A stretch of DNA of 64,000 bases from Paragordius varius (GCA_964247055.1 OZ176056.1:5766001-5830000), one strand, 5' to 3'. Positions 50,317-63,425 are shown, counted from the stretch's first letter. Notes: a model not told the origin generated them from the letters alone. A program made the numbers and translations.

Positions 50317-51624
50317 TTAAATATATAGTTAATTTATTTAGTAAATATCTTATTTTTCTATAACTTTTTTCAAGATTAATTAGAAAAAATTAAAAACAAG
50401 TAAAAAAAACAAAATAGTGGAAATGGTGTGAGGGTATTAATAACTAGTAAAAACCAGTAAACATTACTGGAATGAAAGCTAAGTAAACAGGGTTTCTTTT
50501 TTGATTCACTTCACCCATAGTTGTAAAAAGACTTATAATGGATGGATTGATCATAATACAATCGTTTATTGTAAAATATTTTTATAAGAATGTACAGAAA
50601 TAGCCTAAAATTATTTATTTATCTATTTTTTTAATCATTAAAACGCGTTTTTGCCATTTATTTAACTATATTTTAAAATGCGTCATTCTTTACATATTTA
50701 TTTAAGTATCTTCTTATAATTATTACAATGAAATATGGTTTATACAGTATAAATCGTTGAAAAAGCTTAAATAACTTTACTTTTTTACAAAATATTATTC
50801 CACGCTGATATGATTTAAATATCGCAACCACCAGAAAAATATAAATTTAAATAATTATTTTAATATAACTTAATTAGATATAGTATACCATTTCCCAGTC
50901 TAAATAGTTTTCCCAGTCAATCGAAACATTTTCCCAGTCAATCGAAACGTTTTCCCAGTCAATCGAAACGTTTTCCCAGTCAATCGAAACGCTTTCCTAG
51001 TTAATCGAAACGTTTTCCCAGTCAATCAAAACATTTTCCCAGTCAATCGAAACATTTTCCCATCAATAAAAACGTTTTCCCAGTCAATAATAACGGTTTT
51101 AATTTTGATGATTAATATCAAAACAAGATATAAATACAACTTTTGATCATTATCAGCGTAATATTAGGACATTATTTTTTATCAAAACACAATTATTGAA
51201 TGACAAATTTTTCAAATATATTTTTGTTGACAATCATTAATGTATTCTTTAGAAGTTTTATTTTTTGTAATTCGAGATATTTTTAAGAGAATGTTTTTTA
51301 TTTTATCGATGGTTCGCATGAATATTTGCGGAACTTAAAAAATCTATAGTTACGGAAGAAATAATAAAATTTATAAAAATATACAGTTTTCATCTTAATG
51401 GTCATTTAACACTTCTTGGGTCTTAAACATAAATTTAACTCTATTTTTTATATTTATCATTTGGTTCATCGAAGGCCTAAGGCGGCCTTCCGAATCTTTG
51501 TGCGGTCCGCGAAAAATTTTGAAATCCAATGCAAAAATATGCCTTCAATTAGTAAAATTCATATTTCTTACGCTATTATTTTGATTGAGTCTATAAAATT
51601 GGCAACGAATTAAAAAAAAATATA

Positions 51625-52179
51625 CCATTTGCACTTCAAGAGTGTCCTTCAACACATCAAGTTGGTCCTTGAACGCTTCAAGTTGTCCTTGAACACTTTA
51701 AGTTGGTCCTTAAAATTTATAAATTTGATTTAACCATAATTTTTGCATTTATTTTTTTATTTTATTATTTATTAACCTAATTTTCTTTATGTGTTATATA
51801 TTTATTCATATAAAAATAAAATTTTTTATTAAAAAACTACTTTTTATTTCAAACTATTTTTTTTCAATTGAACAGAATTGTCTTTTAAATGTTTTTGAAT
51901 AAAAATTTTAATTAATAACCCAGAAAACATATATATTTTTTCAATTCGTGTTAAAATCTTAAAAATCCAAAATTATTTTAAGAAATTAATAAAGATATAC
52001 GGTTTTTCAAAGCTTAAAAGATGAAATCGATTCAAAATTTATGTTATATAATAGAAAATAGGTTCAAAACAGTAAAATATATGAATTATTTACGATATGA
52101 TTGATAAAAGTTAAAAACAAAACAAAAAAGTCAAAGGACCAACTTGAAGTGTTCAAGGACACTCTTGAAGTGCAAATGG
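51625..52179. mobile_element. MITE with CCATTTGCAC termini and 21-bp subrepeats, nested in array unit 1
   Basis: TATA|CCATTTGCACTTCAAGAGTGTCC ... GGACACTCTTGAAGTGCAAATGG|TGTA. The empty site aattaaaaaa-tata-ttgtgtttg is present in unit 3 (~55045-55070, reverse). Confidence 0.88.
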
Positions 52180-53997
52180 TGTATTGTGTTTGTACTTTAG
52201 AATCATGTCTAAGATCGAATAAATTATTTATGAATGTCGGTATATAATAGGAATCAGCAACGCCGTGCTTTTTGAGTTAAAATGCGGCCCGCAAAGCCAT
52301 TGTGTTAGAATATCCTTTTCTATCAAATATTTTTAATGAATAACATATTAAAACCATATTTAGATTTTTTCCGACAGTATTTTATATACAATTTGACATG
52401 TTTATAATCCAATTTGCGTTAAATAACCAATTTGAGATGAAAGTGGTATATTTTTATAAATTTTATTATCCGTAACTATAGACTTTATAAGTTAGCCTCG
52501 AATATTAATGCGAACCATTGATAAAATAAAAAAAATATTAAATATATTCTTAATTATACTTAAAAACCATAAACTATTTTTCCAGTTAATAAAATATAGC
52601 TCCTAAAGAATTTAATTATTAATGATTGTGTATTGGAATATATAGAAAATATTTTCATTCAATCATTGTTAAAAAATAATATGCTAATATTACGTTGATA
52701 ATGGTTAAAAGTTATTTTTATATCATGTTTCGATATTTTTTATCAAAATTAAAACCGTTTTTATTGACTGGAAAAACGTTTTTATTGATTGGGAATATGT
52801 TTTTATTGATTGGGAAAATGTTTTTATTGACTGAGAAAATGTTTCGATTGACTGCGAAAATGTTTCGATTGACTGAGAAAACGTTTCGATCGATTGGGAA
52901 AATGTTTCGATTGACTGAGAAAACGTTTTCCCAGTCAATCGAAACGTTTTCCCAGATCGCATTTTCCAGTCAATAAAAACATTTTCCCAATCAATAAAAA
53001 CGTTTTCCCAGGCAATAAAAACGGTTTTATTTTTGATGATAAATATCAAAACAATATAAAAACACCTTTTAACCATTATTAGCGTAATATATGGAGATAA
53101 TTTTTAATTAAAAACACAATTATTGAATGACAATTTTTCCAAGTATATACCAGTGCACAATCATAAATGATTTGTTCTTTAAATGTTAAATTTTTGGAAT
53201 TTGAGTTTAGATAATATTTTTTATTTTATCGATGGTTCGCATTAATATTTGCGGTCAACCAAAAAAATATATAGTTACGGAGGAATTATTAAAATTTACA
53301 AAAATATACCATTTTTATCACAAAGGTCATTTAACACTTTATATTGGATCTTAAACATAAATTTTACGCTAATTTTATAATATTTAACATTTAATTCAGC
53401 GGGGGCCTATGGCGGCCTTTCGAGTATCTTTGTGCGGGCCGCAAAAAATTTGGAAAACCATATGCAAAAATATGCCCACAATATCTTAATAATCATATTT
53501 CTTACACAATTATTATGAATGAATCTATTAAATTGGTAATGAATTAAAAAAAAATTGATATATTGTTTTTGATTTTACAGTCTTATTAATCGAAAAATTA
53601 TGTGAATACCCGTATATATTTCGAATGGGGAACCGTGTGGCTTTTGAGTTAAAAATGCGGCCTGCGAAGGCATTTAGTTGGACACCCTTGTTTTAGTCAA
53701 ATATCCTTTTTATTAAATATTGATATTTTTTCCGACAGTATTTTTATCGACAAACCGGACATATTTAAAAATTGTGAAGCGTCCGCAAATATTAATGCGA
53801 ACCATCGATAAAATAAAAAATATTATCTAAACTCAAATTCCAAATTAATAATGATTGTGCACTAAAATATATATACTTGAAAAAAATGTCATTCAATAAT
53901 TGTGTTTTTAATTAAAAATTAATCCATATATTACGCTAATAATGGTTAAAAGTTGTTTTTTTATTCCTGTTTTGATATTTATCATCAAAAATAAAAC

Positions 53998-54269
53998 CGT
54001 TTTTATTGACTGGGAAAACGTTTTTGATTGGGAAAATGTTTTTATTGACTGGGAAAATGTTTCGATTGACTGGGAAAACGTTTCGATTGACTGGGAAAAT
54101 GTTTTTATTGACTGGGAAAATGTTTCGATTGACTGGGAAAACGTTTCGATTGACTGGGAAAACGTTTCGATTGACTGGGAAAACGTTTCGATTGACTGGG
54201 AAAACGTTTCGATTGACTGGGAAAATATTTCGATTGACTGGGAAAATGTTTATTTAGACTGGGAAATGG
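53998..54269 (-). repeat. 21-bp tandem array (~12 units)
   Basis: (GACTGGGAAAACGTTTCGATT)n; further arrays at 50907-51090, 52755-53010, 54315-54460, 55580-55640 and 56645-56747. Confidence 0.95.
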
Positions 54270-57200
54270 TATACCATTTCCCAGTCTAAATGCTTAGGTA
54301 GGTTTTTTCACATACCATTTCCCAATCAAAATAAACGTTTTCCCAGTCAATAGAAACATTTTCCTAGTCAATCGAAACGTTTTCCCAGTCAATCGAAACA
54401 TTTTCCCAATCAATAAAAACATTTTCCCAATCAATAAAAACGTTTTCCCAGTCAATAAAAACGGTTATATTTTTGATGATAAGTATCAAAACAAGATAAT
54501 AAAAATAACTTTTAACCATTATCAGCGCAATATTAGGATATTATTTTTTATAAAATCACAATTATTTAATGACAATATTTCCTATATATTCCAATACACA
54601 CTCATTAATAATTTATTCTTTAAAAGCTATATTTTATTAACTGGAAGAATATTTTATGGTTTGTAAGTATTTTTAAGAAAATATTTAATAATTTTTTTAT
54701 TTTATCGATGGATCGCATTAATATTCAGGCTAACTTTTAAAGTCTATAGTTACGGATAATAAAATTTATAAAAATATACCATTTTTATCTTAAATTGGTC
54801 AGTTAACACTTCAAATTAGATCATAAACATGTCGAATTGTCTAAAAAATACTGTCGGAAAAAACTTTGAACAAAACATGGTTTTAAATATGTTTTTCATT
54901 TAAAAATATTTTATAAAAAAGGATATTCTAACACAATGGCTTTGCGGGCCGCATTTTTAACTCAAAAAGCACTGCGTTCCGAATTCGTAATATAAGGACA
55001 TTCATAAATAATTTATTCGATCTTAACCATAAGACTGTCAAGTACAAACACAATATATTTTTTAATTCGTTGTCAATTTTATAGACTCATTCAGAATAAT
55101 AGCGTAAGAAATATGAATTTTATTAAGATCTTGTGGGCATGGATTTCCAAATTTTTTGCGGGCCGCACAAAGATCGATGAACCAAATGAAATATAAAAAA
55201 TAGGGTAAAATTTATGTTTAAAACCCAATATGAAGTGTTAAATGACCAATTTCAGATAAAAATGTATATTTTTATAAATTTTATTATCCGTAACTATAGA
55301 CTTTAAAAGTTAGCCTCGAATATTAATGCTATCCATCGATAAAATAAAATTTTTTTAAATATTTTCTTAAAAATACTTACAAACCATAAAATATTCTTCC
55401 ATTTAATAAAATATAGCTTTTAAAGAATAAATTATTAATGATTGTGTATTGGAATATATAGGAAATATTGTCATTAAATAATTGTGATTTTATAAAAAAT
55501 AATATCCTAATATTGCGCTGATAATGGTTAAAAGTTATTTTTCTTATCTTGTTTTGATACTTATCATCAAAAATAAAACCGTTTTTATTGACTGGGAAAA
55601 CGTTTTTATTGATTGGGAAAGATTGGGAAAATGTTTTTATTTTTGATGATTAATATATTAAAACAAGAATATAAAAACAACTTTTAATAATTATCAGCGT
55701 AATATATGGATATTATTTTTAAAAAAACACAATTATTGAATGACAATTTTTTCCAAGTATATTCCAGTGCACAATCATTAATGACTTATTCTTTAAAAGT
55801 TATATTTATGAAAAGATATTTTTAATATAATATTTTTTATTTTATCGATGGTTCCCATTAATCTTTGCGGAACGCTTCACAATATTTTTTAAATATGTCA
55901 AGTTTGCCGTAAAAATACTGTCGGAAAAAATATATAAACGAAAATTTTTTTTGATAAAAATGTTTTTGATTTAAAAATATTTAATAAAAAGGAAAATGCC
56001 TTTGCGGACCGCATTTTTAACTCAACAAGCACGGCGTTCCGCATTCGAAATATATACGGGCATTCACATTATTCGATTAATTAGACTGTAAAATACAAAA
56101 TACGTTTTTTTAAATCGTTACCAATTTAATAGACTCATTCATAATAATTGCGTAAGAAATATGAGTATTACTAAGATTTTGTGGGCATATTTTTGCATAT
56201 GGATTTCTAAATTTTTTGCGGGCCGCACAAAGATACTCGGAATGCCACCTTAGGCCCCCGATAAACCAAATAATAATTAGTATAAAATTAGGGTGAAATT
56301 TATGTTTGAGATCTATGAAGTGTTAAATGACCTTTGAGATAAAAATGGTATTTTTTATAAATTTTATTATTTCCTCCGTAACTATAGATTTTTTAAGTTA
56401 GCCGCATATATTAATGCGAACCATCGATAAAATAAAAAATATTATATTAAAAACATCTCGAATTCCAAAAGTATAACTTCAAAAGAATAAGTCATTAATG
56501 ATTGCGCACTGGAATATACTTGAAAGAATTGGTATTCAATAATTGTGTCTTTATAAATAATAATATCCATATATTACGCTGATAATAATGGTTAAAAGTT
56601 GTTTTTATATTCTTGTTTTAATATTTATCATCAAAAATGAAACCGTTTTTATTGACTGCTAAAACGTTTCTATTGAATGGAATGTTTCGATTGACTGAGA
56701 AAACGTTTCGATTGACTGGGAAAACGTTTATTTAGATTGGGAAATGGTATGTGAAAAAACCTACCTAAGCGGGCATTTTTAATATTTAAAAAATATTAGG
56801 TTTGAGCTAATTGAAGCAGTTTTATGGATATTTGTTTCAAAAAACTAAGTTAAATTATTGAATTTCCAAGTTAAGCCATAAGTTAGTAAAATAAATTAAT
56901 CACTATTTCAAAAATGCCGCCTCATAGTTTTTTATAAGAATATGGCAATTAATTAAGTAGTCTTGGAATTTATATTTCATGAAAAATTTATCCCCGAATC
57001 TATCATTTGCTCATCTTATAAAAAAGTTGAATTTTTTTTTTAAAATATTTGGATGACGCTCAAATCTTTGAAAACTAAATTATATATTGTCCTTATTAAC
57101 TTTTCAACTGAATACTGCATATTATGGTTTATTAATTTGTTAATATATCATTTACGCTTTAAGAGTTGCCTTTAACACCTCAAGTCGGTCCTTAACACTT

Positions 57201-57313
57201 CAAGTTGGTTCTAGAACACTTCAAGTCGGTCATTTAACAGTTTAAGTTTTACCTTCAACTTTTTTAAATATCTTCTTAACTTTTATCAATCACACCGTGT
57301 ACGATAAATATAT

Positions 57314-57854
57314 GCCCTTTGCACCTCAACAGTGTCCTTGAACAGCTCGAGTTAGTCCTTAAAAATTTCAAGTTAAACCTTGAGCACTTCAAGTTTCTCC
57401 TTGAACACTTCAAGTTGGTCCTATAAATTTTAAATTAGGATTTTACCAAAATTTTTATATGTATTTTTTTTTATTATTTTTTAACCTAATTTTTCTTATT
57501 TATTATATATTTATTCCTTTTAACATAAAATATTTCATTAAAAAACCACTTTTTTTGATTTAAACTAAATTTTTCCAATTGAACAAAATTATTAATTTAT
57601 AAATGTTTTAAATGAAAACTTGTAATTGATAACCCACCTCTATAATTTTTAATTACATGTTTTAAATCATAATAAAATGTTATATATATTTTAATATAAA
57701 GATAGATTGTTTCTGAATGATTAAAAGTTGATAGAATTAAATTAATACAAGAGTCGATTGATAGAAATTAAATACAAAACAAAGTTAAAGGACCAACTTA
57801 AAGTGTTCAAGGACCATCTTGCAGCGTTCAAGGACACTCATGAAGCTGAAATAG
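57314..57854. mobile_element. Second, diverged copy of the 51625-52179 MITE
   Basis: ttgaacacttcaagttggtcc repeats and their reverse complements; collinear AT-rich core. An extra partial repeat block lies at 57165-57260. Confidence 0.8.
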
Positions 57855-58009
57855 TATGTATCAAATATTATATGTATATATATATATATATATATATTTA
57901 ATTTTAAAAACAAAACAATCTTTGTTATATCATCCCAGCATAAAAAGTCCATTATTTAAAAATTATTTAAGATATTTGCTTTTGAAACCTGATGTATTTT
58001 GCCTTTTAG

Positions 58010-59100
58010 GCGCATTTTTTAATAAAACGTAGACATCGTTATAAGAGTGTAATGTGTTGGTTTATTTTGTGAAAAAAGTCGCAGTTAGGAGTTTTATAAT
58101 CAATATTGGCTGAATGATAAACGACAATCGAAGATAAAATAAGGAGTTATTTATAATAAAGCAGTTATTTTAGATAATTTTACTTTAGTACTGTCTTAAA
58201 ACTTTTTAAAACACACAACTGATTTTAGATCCGTTGAATAATACTAGGAAAAATTAAAAACACATTGGGATATTTTGAGAGAATGAAAGACCATAGTAAT
58301 CAATGCATACTACCCATAGAATGAATATTTGATTTGTAATATAAGGTATACTTTGAGGTTATAAAGTTTATGGGCTAGGTTCAGGGATTGGAATTGTCAA
58401 AAAATAGGTGAGTATAGGTGAGTGTCATAAGTAGTTTGCTACGATAGCTGGCGCCAAAAGATTTAAGAAAGCCTGACACAATTTAAAAACGAATCTGAAA
58501 TCGCAAAGCTTTCTGTTCATCGTTCCTGCCTCATATTATCAGGTGTAGAAGCTTAACAGTCCAAATTTTAGTTTCAATTAAATTTTTTTTACCGGGTATA
58601 TCAAAAAAACCTTGAACCTTTGTTAACATTTTTAGTAATTGTGGTTTCGACTTTTCCGAAGATCACTACTATTGACTTTTAATGCAATCAGTACCAGTTT
58701 TTGGTTAATCATTAACATTTGCATGTTACACCTATTCTCGAATAAAGAGTCACCTTCACTAAAATAAATAAAAGCCAAAAAGCATTCGAAAAGATACATT
58801 TTGATTGCGCTAATTGCCAAACCAGCTTTTTACCTTCATAAAGCAGATAGCATTTTTTCAAAAGTATCAAAAGTGGTAAAATATTTTATAATAATATAAT
58901 TTTGGGTTTTACACAAAATAAAAGTTTTGCAACAAAAAGTGATAATTTGAATTTTATTTAAATTGAGAATATTTATTTTAAAATATTCATTAATAACCAT
59001 TCGTGATGGTTATTTATTGATTACATTATGATAATTTAGCAAAGAATTTTTTCAAATTATGTGACGCAACTACAAAAAGACACTATATCTTATGTGTTAT
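58010..59100 (+). pseudogene. Receptor tyrosine kinase-like catalytic domain relic
   Basis: Basic segment LIKRRHRYK; LGSGIGIVKK (Gly-loop-like); TIAGAKRFKK (VAVK-like); QFKNESEIAKLSVHRSCLILSG (alphaC-like); IALIAKPAFYLH (alphaE-like). Several stops and frameshifts; HRD and DFG not recognisable. Confidence 0.5.
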
Positions 59101-60504
59101 ATAGGATTTATACGTTTGATTGTTAATATAAGGATAATTATTAATCATTTTAACAATCATATTTAATTGCTATCAAATTAACTAATTGGATAATGATTTT
59201 TTGTATTATATTCCACTCTATTTGAGTGTGATCATAGCCTGACTTTAATTATATATACCTACAAATTTCTTATTAGGGATTTTTGATATTGACAATATAT
59301 TCGAACCCAAAATTTTCAATTAACACACTTTAAAAAATAATAAAATTAATACCACTACGTGGCACAAGATCAAAAAACGTATAGATTCTGTTTTATACTG
59401 GTGAACAATTTCTTATCAAGATTAATGTTATTGTATGATCAGGATTGGTAAGACTGTGCTTTAATTTTATAATCTGCCTAAAAAATTTGTTTGATCTGCC
59501 AAAGAAAACAACAGAAAATCGCGACTTCGGTAAAATGATTTATATCTATAGTCAATTACTTTTGTGAATGCCATACTTTATTATCTAACATGCAAAACAA
59601 TACAAATTTAAATCACACAGACAAAACGTATAATTTAAAAGCATATTTTTTTATGTAGACAACCATTTTTCCCAATTATTTAATCCCAATTAATATAGAT
59701 TAAGTTTAACATTTTTACTTGTCTTTTAGAAAATAAAACTTCCTTGTATATTTTTATTCTAACTGTACAATTATCATTATAGTGGAAATATTGTGAGCCT
59801 TCAGGGTCTCATACAACCTTTCTTTCTTCTTTCCAGAAAAATTTAACTTTTGACATAAAAATGAAACGTGATAAGAATGATCCCCTGTTTTTAAGAAGCA
59901 CAAATGGCATCAAGTCCACACAGTAAAACCAATATTAATACGCTAGAAGGAATTATATAAAAATATATATCTTGTAAAGCAGTTTTTTACTCGTACATTC
60001 TTTTAAATTGGATATGATTTCATTGTATTAAAAAACACGATACCCCACCCTTAAACAAATATTTAATAGCAAGTTTCAATATGGATTCTGGATAATATTC
60101 TCTTAGAGCTTTAAACGCTCTTTATAATTTACATTATACATAAATAGGTAAATTAAAATCAGTTAAAAAGCATTTAATTACGTTGTTCTATACAAATGCA
60201 ATGTTTTCTAAAAGCACGATAAAAACAAAAAGAATACTAAAACAATAATTAATAGTAGTAAATGTTTATATCTACTGTCTGATTTTGGGTTAAACCAATA
60301 ACTTTTGTTATCGCTTATGCGGGCAGATTTCGCTAACGCGATTTCAATAACTGTCATTCGTGATACCATTATATGATTATATATTTTTGCTTGATTATCT
60401 TCTGTAAATTCTGACATATAATCATTAATAATAAATCAAAATTATTTATGTACAAATCTGATTATCATAACAGTTTAACACAGGGTTACTGACCAAAAAA
60501 GACC

Positions 60505-61055
60505 TTCCGCAAAAATATATTTCTTCAAGGGCCACTGCAAAGTTCAACATATATTTCATGCCTCAATAGCGGTTACTTATAAACTAAATTAGTACACCAA
60601 GGTTTTTGCCGGTTAACACAAACATTTTTTTGCAATAAAGTCTTCTACAAAATGGATATATATTTTAACATTGACTAATATTTTTTGATAAGTGGTTATT
60701 AAAACAGGCCAATCTAACATCAGTATCCTCTGTCATTGGTATATTTAGTTTTTTGATATGCCACCTCGATCCGATTTAAAATAATCAGGATAATTTACAT
60801 TGTATATTTTAATATTTATTAACTGAGATATGTAAGTTCAGATGTATATGATCAATACCGAAGCATTAATATCAATGAAAAATCTTAGATAAATTAAAAT
60901 TCTAATTGATCGAATAAATCGGAATTCTTAAAATACTGAAAAATTAATAAATATCGATCGCAACCAAATAAAAAAAATATTACAGGGTTATTACATATCC
61001 TTTTTATGGCCGCATGCGACACGTGGTCCTCTGTTAGTATGGCTGCCTTTAAGTT
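60505..61055. mobile_element. hAT (Charlie-type) MITE relic
   Basis: AAGGGCCAC near the left end; ATGGCCGCATGCGACACGTGGTCC...GTTAGTATGGCTG near the right end. Boundaries are approximate. Confidence 0.35.
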
Positions 61056-61289
61056 TATAAATGATAAAAAATTACTACATGGCCAATTTAAAACAAAAAT
61101 CCCACTAGGTGTTTTTTAAGCGTTAAAGCTTTTTTTAATATAACCATCACCATCTTGAGTTTTAATAAATGGATACCACAAGTATTCAATAACGGTAAAA
61201 GGATAAATTTGTTGTATTTATATTCTTTGTTATATATATATATATATATAATTATAAATGTATTCACATATATCTAGGTGAAGTGCTTA

Positions 61290-63425
61290 CTTTTTTACAA
61301 TTTATTCAAAGTATAATAATGATAGTAAAGTATGGTGGTGAGGTTTCTAACAATACTCAAACATAAGTTACAAGGTTAATCTAATAATATATTACGAATG
61401 TACCTAGCACCCTTTCTACCATCCCATTACTCTTAGGATGGTAGGGGGTAACTTAATATATTTCACCCCTAACCTACATAAGGTTGACGTGAAGTACCCA
61501 TTGATAAAATACGAAGCGTTATCACTAACGATTTTTCTTGCAAGCCAAACCTTGCAATGTTTCTTCTACTTTAAAGATTATATTCGCTGCGGTTACCTTT
61601 TTCAAAATTAACCCTTCTGCCCATTTCGAGGCACTGACTATTAACAACCAATAATAAGCGTCTACTGGTCCGGCTTTAATATGCAAACGCTCCCCAGCAA
61701 CATTATGATCCCACTGATACGTGGAATTCTGAGTAACATTCGGTCTACTATGTTGGTACGATTCGCATTGACTTCTGGCTGTTACCAGGTCATTTTCTAA
61801 TTCTGGTCAATAACACGTAAAGGCTTTCGCTTTCATGGTCTCTACGTTGTTATGACCGCTGGATAGGTATTCACCACCTCTTTTTGGAGAGGCTTCGGAA
61901 TTATAATCCGATCATTTAAATTTAATAAGCCATATTGATGTGCCAACTCGTCTTTAGGTTTACAAGCTTTTCTGATTCTGGACTCTAGTCATGGTTGTTT
62001 AACGCTTTAATTACTTACTGGATCTAATGCGGTTTCTTTTCGAATATCATCTCTGCTTAACCGCACGTTATGACAATTCAAAATCTCAGATATCTGGTAA
62101 CCACATAATCTTCATCGTAGGCAACGATCTCGTTAATCGGTTATCTCGGTAAATAATCAGCTCTATTTTGAGCCCCCTTTTGATGAATTATTTCAAAGTC
62201 GTATTCATTTATCATATTAATCCATCTTATTACTTTAGTATGAATTTTTTTTATATTTTGATCTGTACTAAGGGTAAATGGTCAGTAAATATTATGAATT
62301 TTCTACCATATACGATGAAACTTTCTTAAAGCAAAAAATATTGCTTTCGATTCCTTCTCAATAGTGGAATAATTCCTTTCGGCGTTGCAACACTTTTGTG
62401 AGGCATATGCGATCGGTATCCTTTCACTATTAACCTCATGACTTAAAATAACTCGAATCCTAAATCTGACGCATCAATTTCTATTATCAATTTCCTATTC
62501 GGGTTATATGGTGTTAAAAACACTTTTCGCTTAACAAATTCTTAGCTGCAAACCAGCTTTTCTCATGTTTATCGGTCCAAGATCATCTCGTATTTTTACT
62601 AGGTAACTCATTTAAGGGACCGATCATTTATTTTGGTATAAAACGTTCATGAAACGTCAAAAAACCTAAAAAACCACGTAATAACTTTTTATCTACCGGC
62701 CTTTTTAGTTTTTTAATTGCCTTGATTTTGCTTTTACATGGGTTTATACCCTTTTCGGTTCAAACCTTAAATAATTTACTGATTCTGCACCTATCATTAT
62801 TTTATCTTGTCTTAATTTGAACGGCTTTATCAAGACGACTTAATACGTTATTTAAATTGTTAAAGTGCTCATTTTCCGTCCTACCAGTCACTAGGAGGTC
62901 ATTAAAATACGCAAACTCCCGGTCTTTCAGCCAGCACCTGTTCCATCACCCGTTGAAAGATGATGGGTGCCGTGGCCAGTCCAAACGGCATGCGTTTGTA
63001 TCTAAAATAAGTTTATGTGTTGAGATAGTTAACAAATCTTGCCACTCCTCTGCCACTGGCATTTGGAGGTAAGCATTTTTTAAATCAATATGTGAGACCT
63101 TCGCTTATTTTCGACAACTCGTCAAACGTGGGGTTATATAAGAGTCTTCTTGCAACCACTTATTAATCGTTACCCGAAAATCACTGCATATGTTTAATTC
63201 GCCATTCGGTTTAAGTACATTAACCGTAGGCGTGGCCCATGTCACAGGTGTTATGTTAGGATCAACTGGTTCTAAAAGCCTAACTTTTCTAGCCTCGTCA
63301 GCTCTTTCTCCATCTTTTCTCTCAATGGAAAAGGCATCCGACATGATAATGCTTTCGGGATCGCATTCGCTGCAATGGAATTTTTACAGGGTCTTTATAA
63401 CACCCCTGCTTATTTTCGAATAAGT
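61290..63425 (-). mobile_element. Degenerate Ty3/Gypsy pol (RT, RNase H, integrase)
   Basis: WATPTVNVLKPNG, DFRVTIN, IDLKNAYLQ, YLND, IDASDLG, IAYASQK, NYSTIEKE, FTDHLPL, WERLH..AGP and HPKSNGMVER, across many frameshifts. Confidence 0.92.

Larger units (their letters stand above)
50888..56770. mobile_element. Array of four fused ~1.1-1.5-kb TIR units with 21-bp subterminal arrays, forming a higher-order palindrome
   Basis: Units 50888-52924 (contains a nested MITE), 52925-54269, 54315-55640 and 55641-56747. Cores are oriented F,F,R,R. Perfect 40-bp palindrome at 54252-54291. Unit TTTTCCCAGTCAATCGAAACG. Confidence 0.85.

Noticed and set aside
52695-54289. ORFs 52695-52976, 52723-53076, 53942-54289 and 54006-54257 with heptapeptide repeats (DWENVSI, LTGKTFR, SQSIETF)
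   Set aside because: These are translations of the 21-bp MITE array, open in several frames and on both strands; there is no gene context.
50907-56747. 21-bp arrays as a CRISPR array
   Set aside because: The repeats are contiguous with no unique spacers, the context is eukaryotic and no cas genes are present.
62857-63423. Plus-strand ORFs 62857-63072 and 63190-63423
   Set aside because: Antisense to Gypsy RT.
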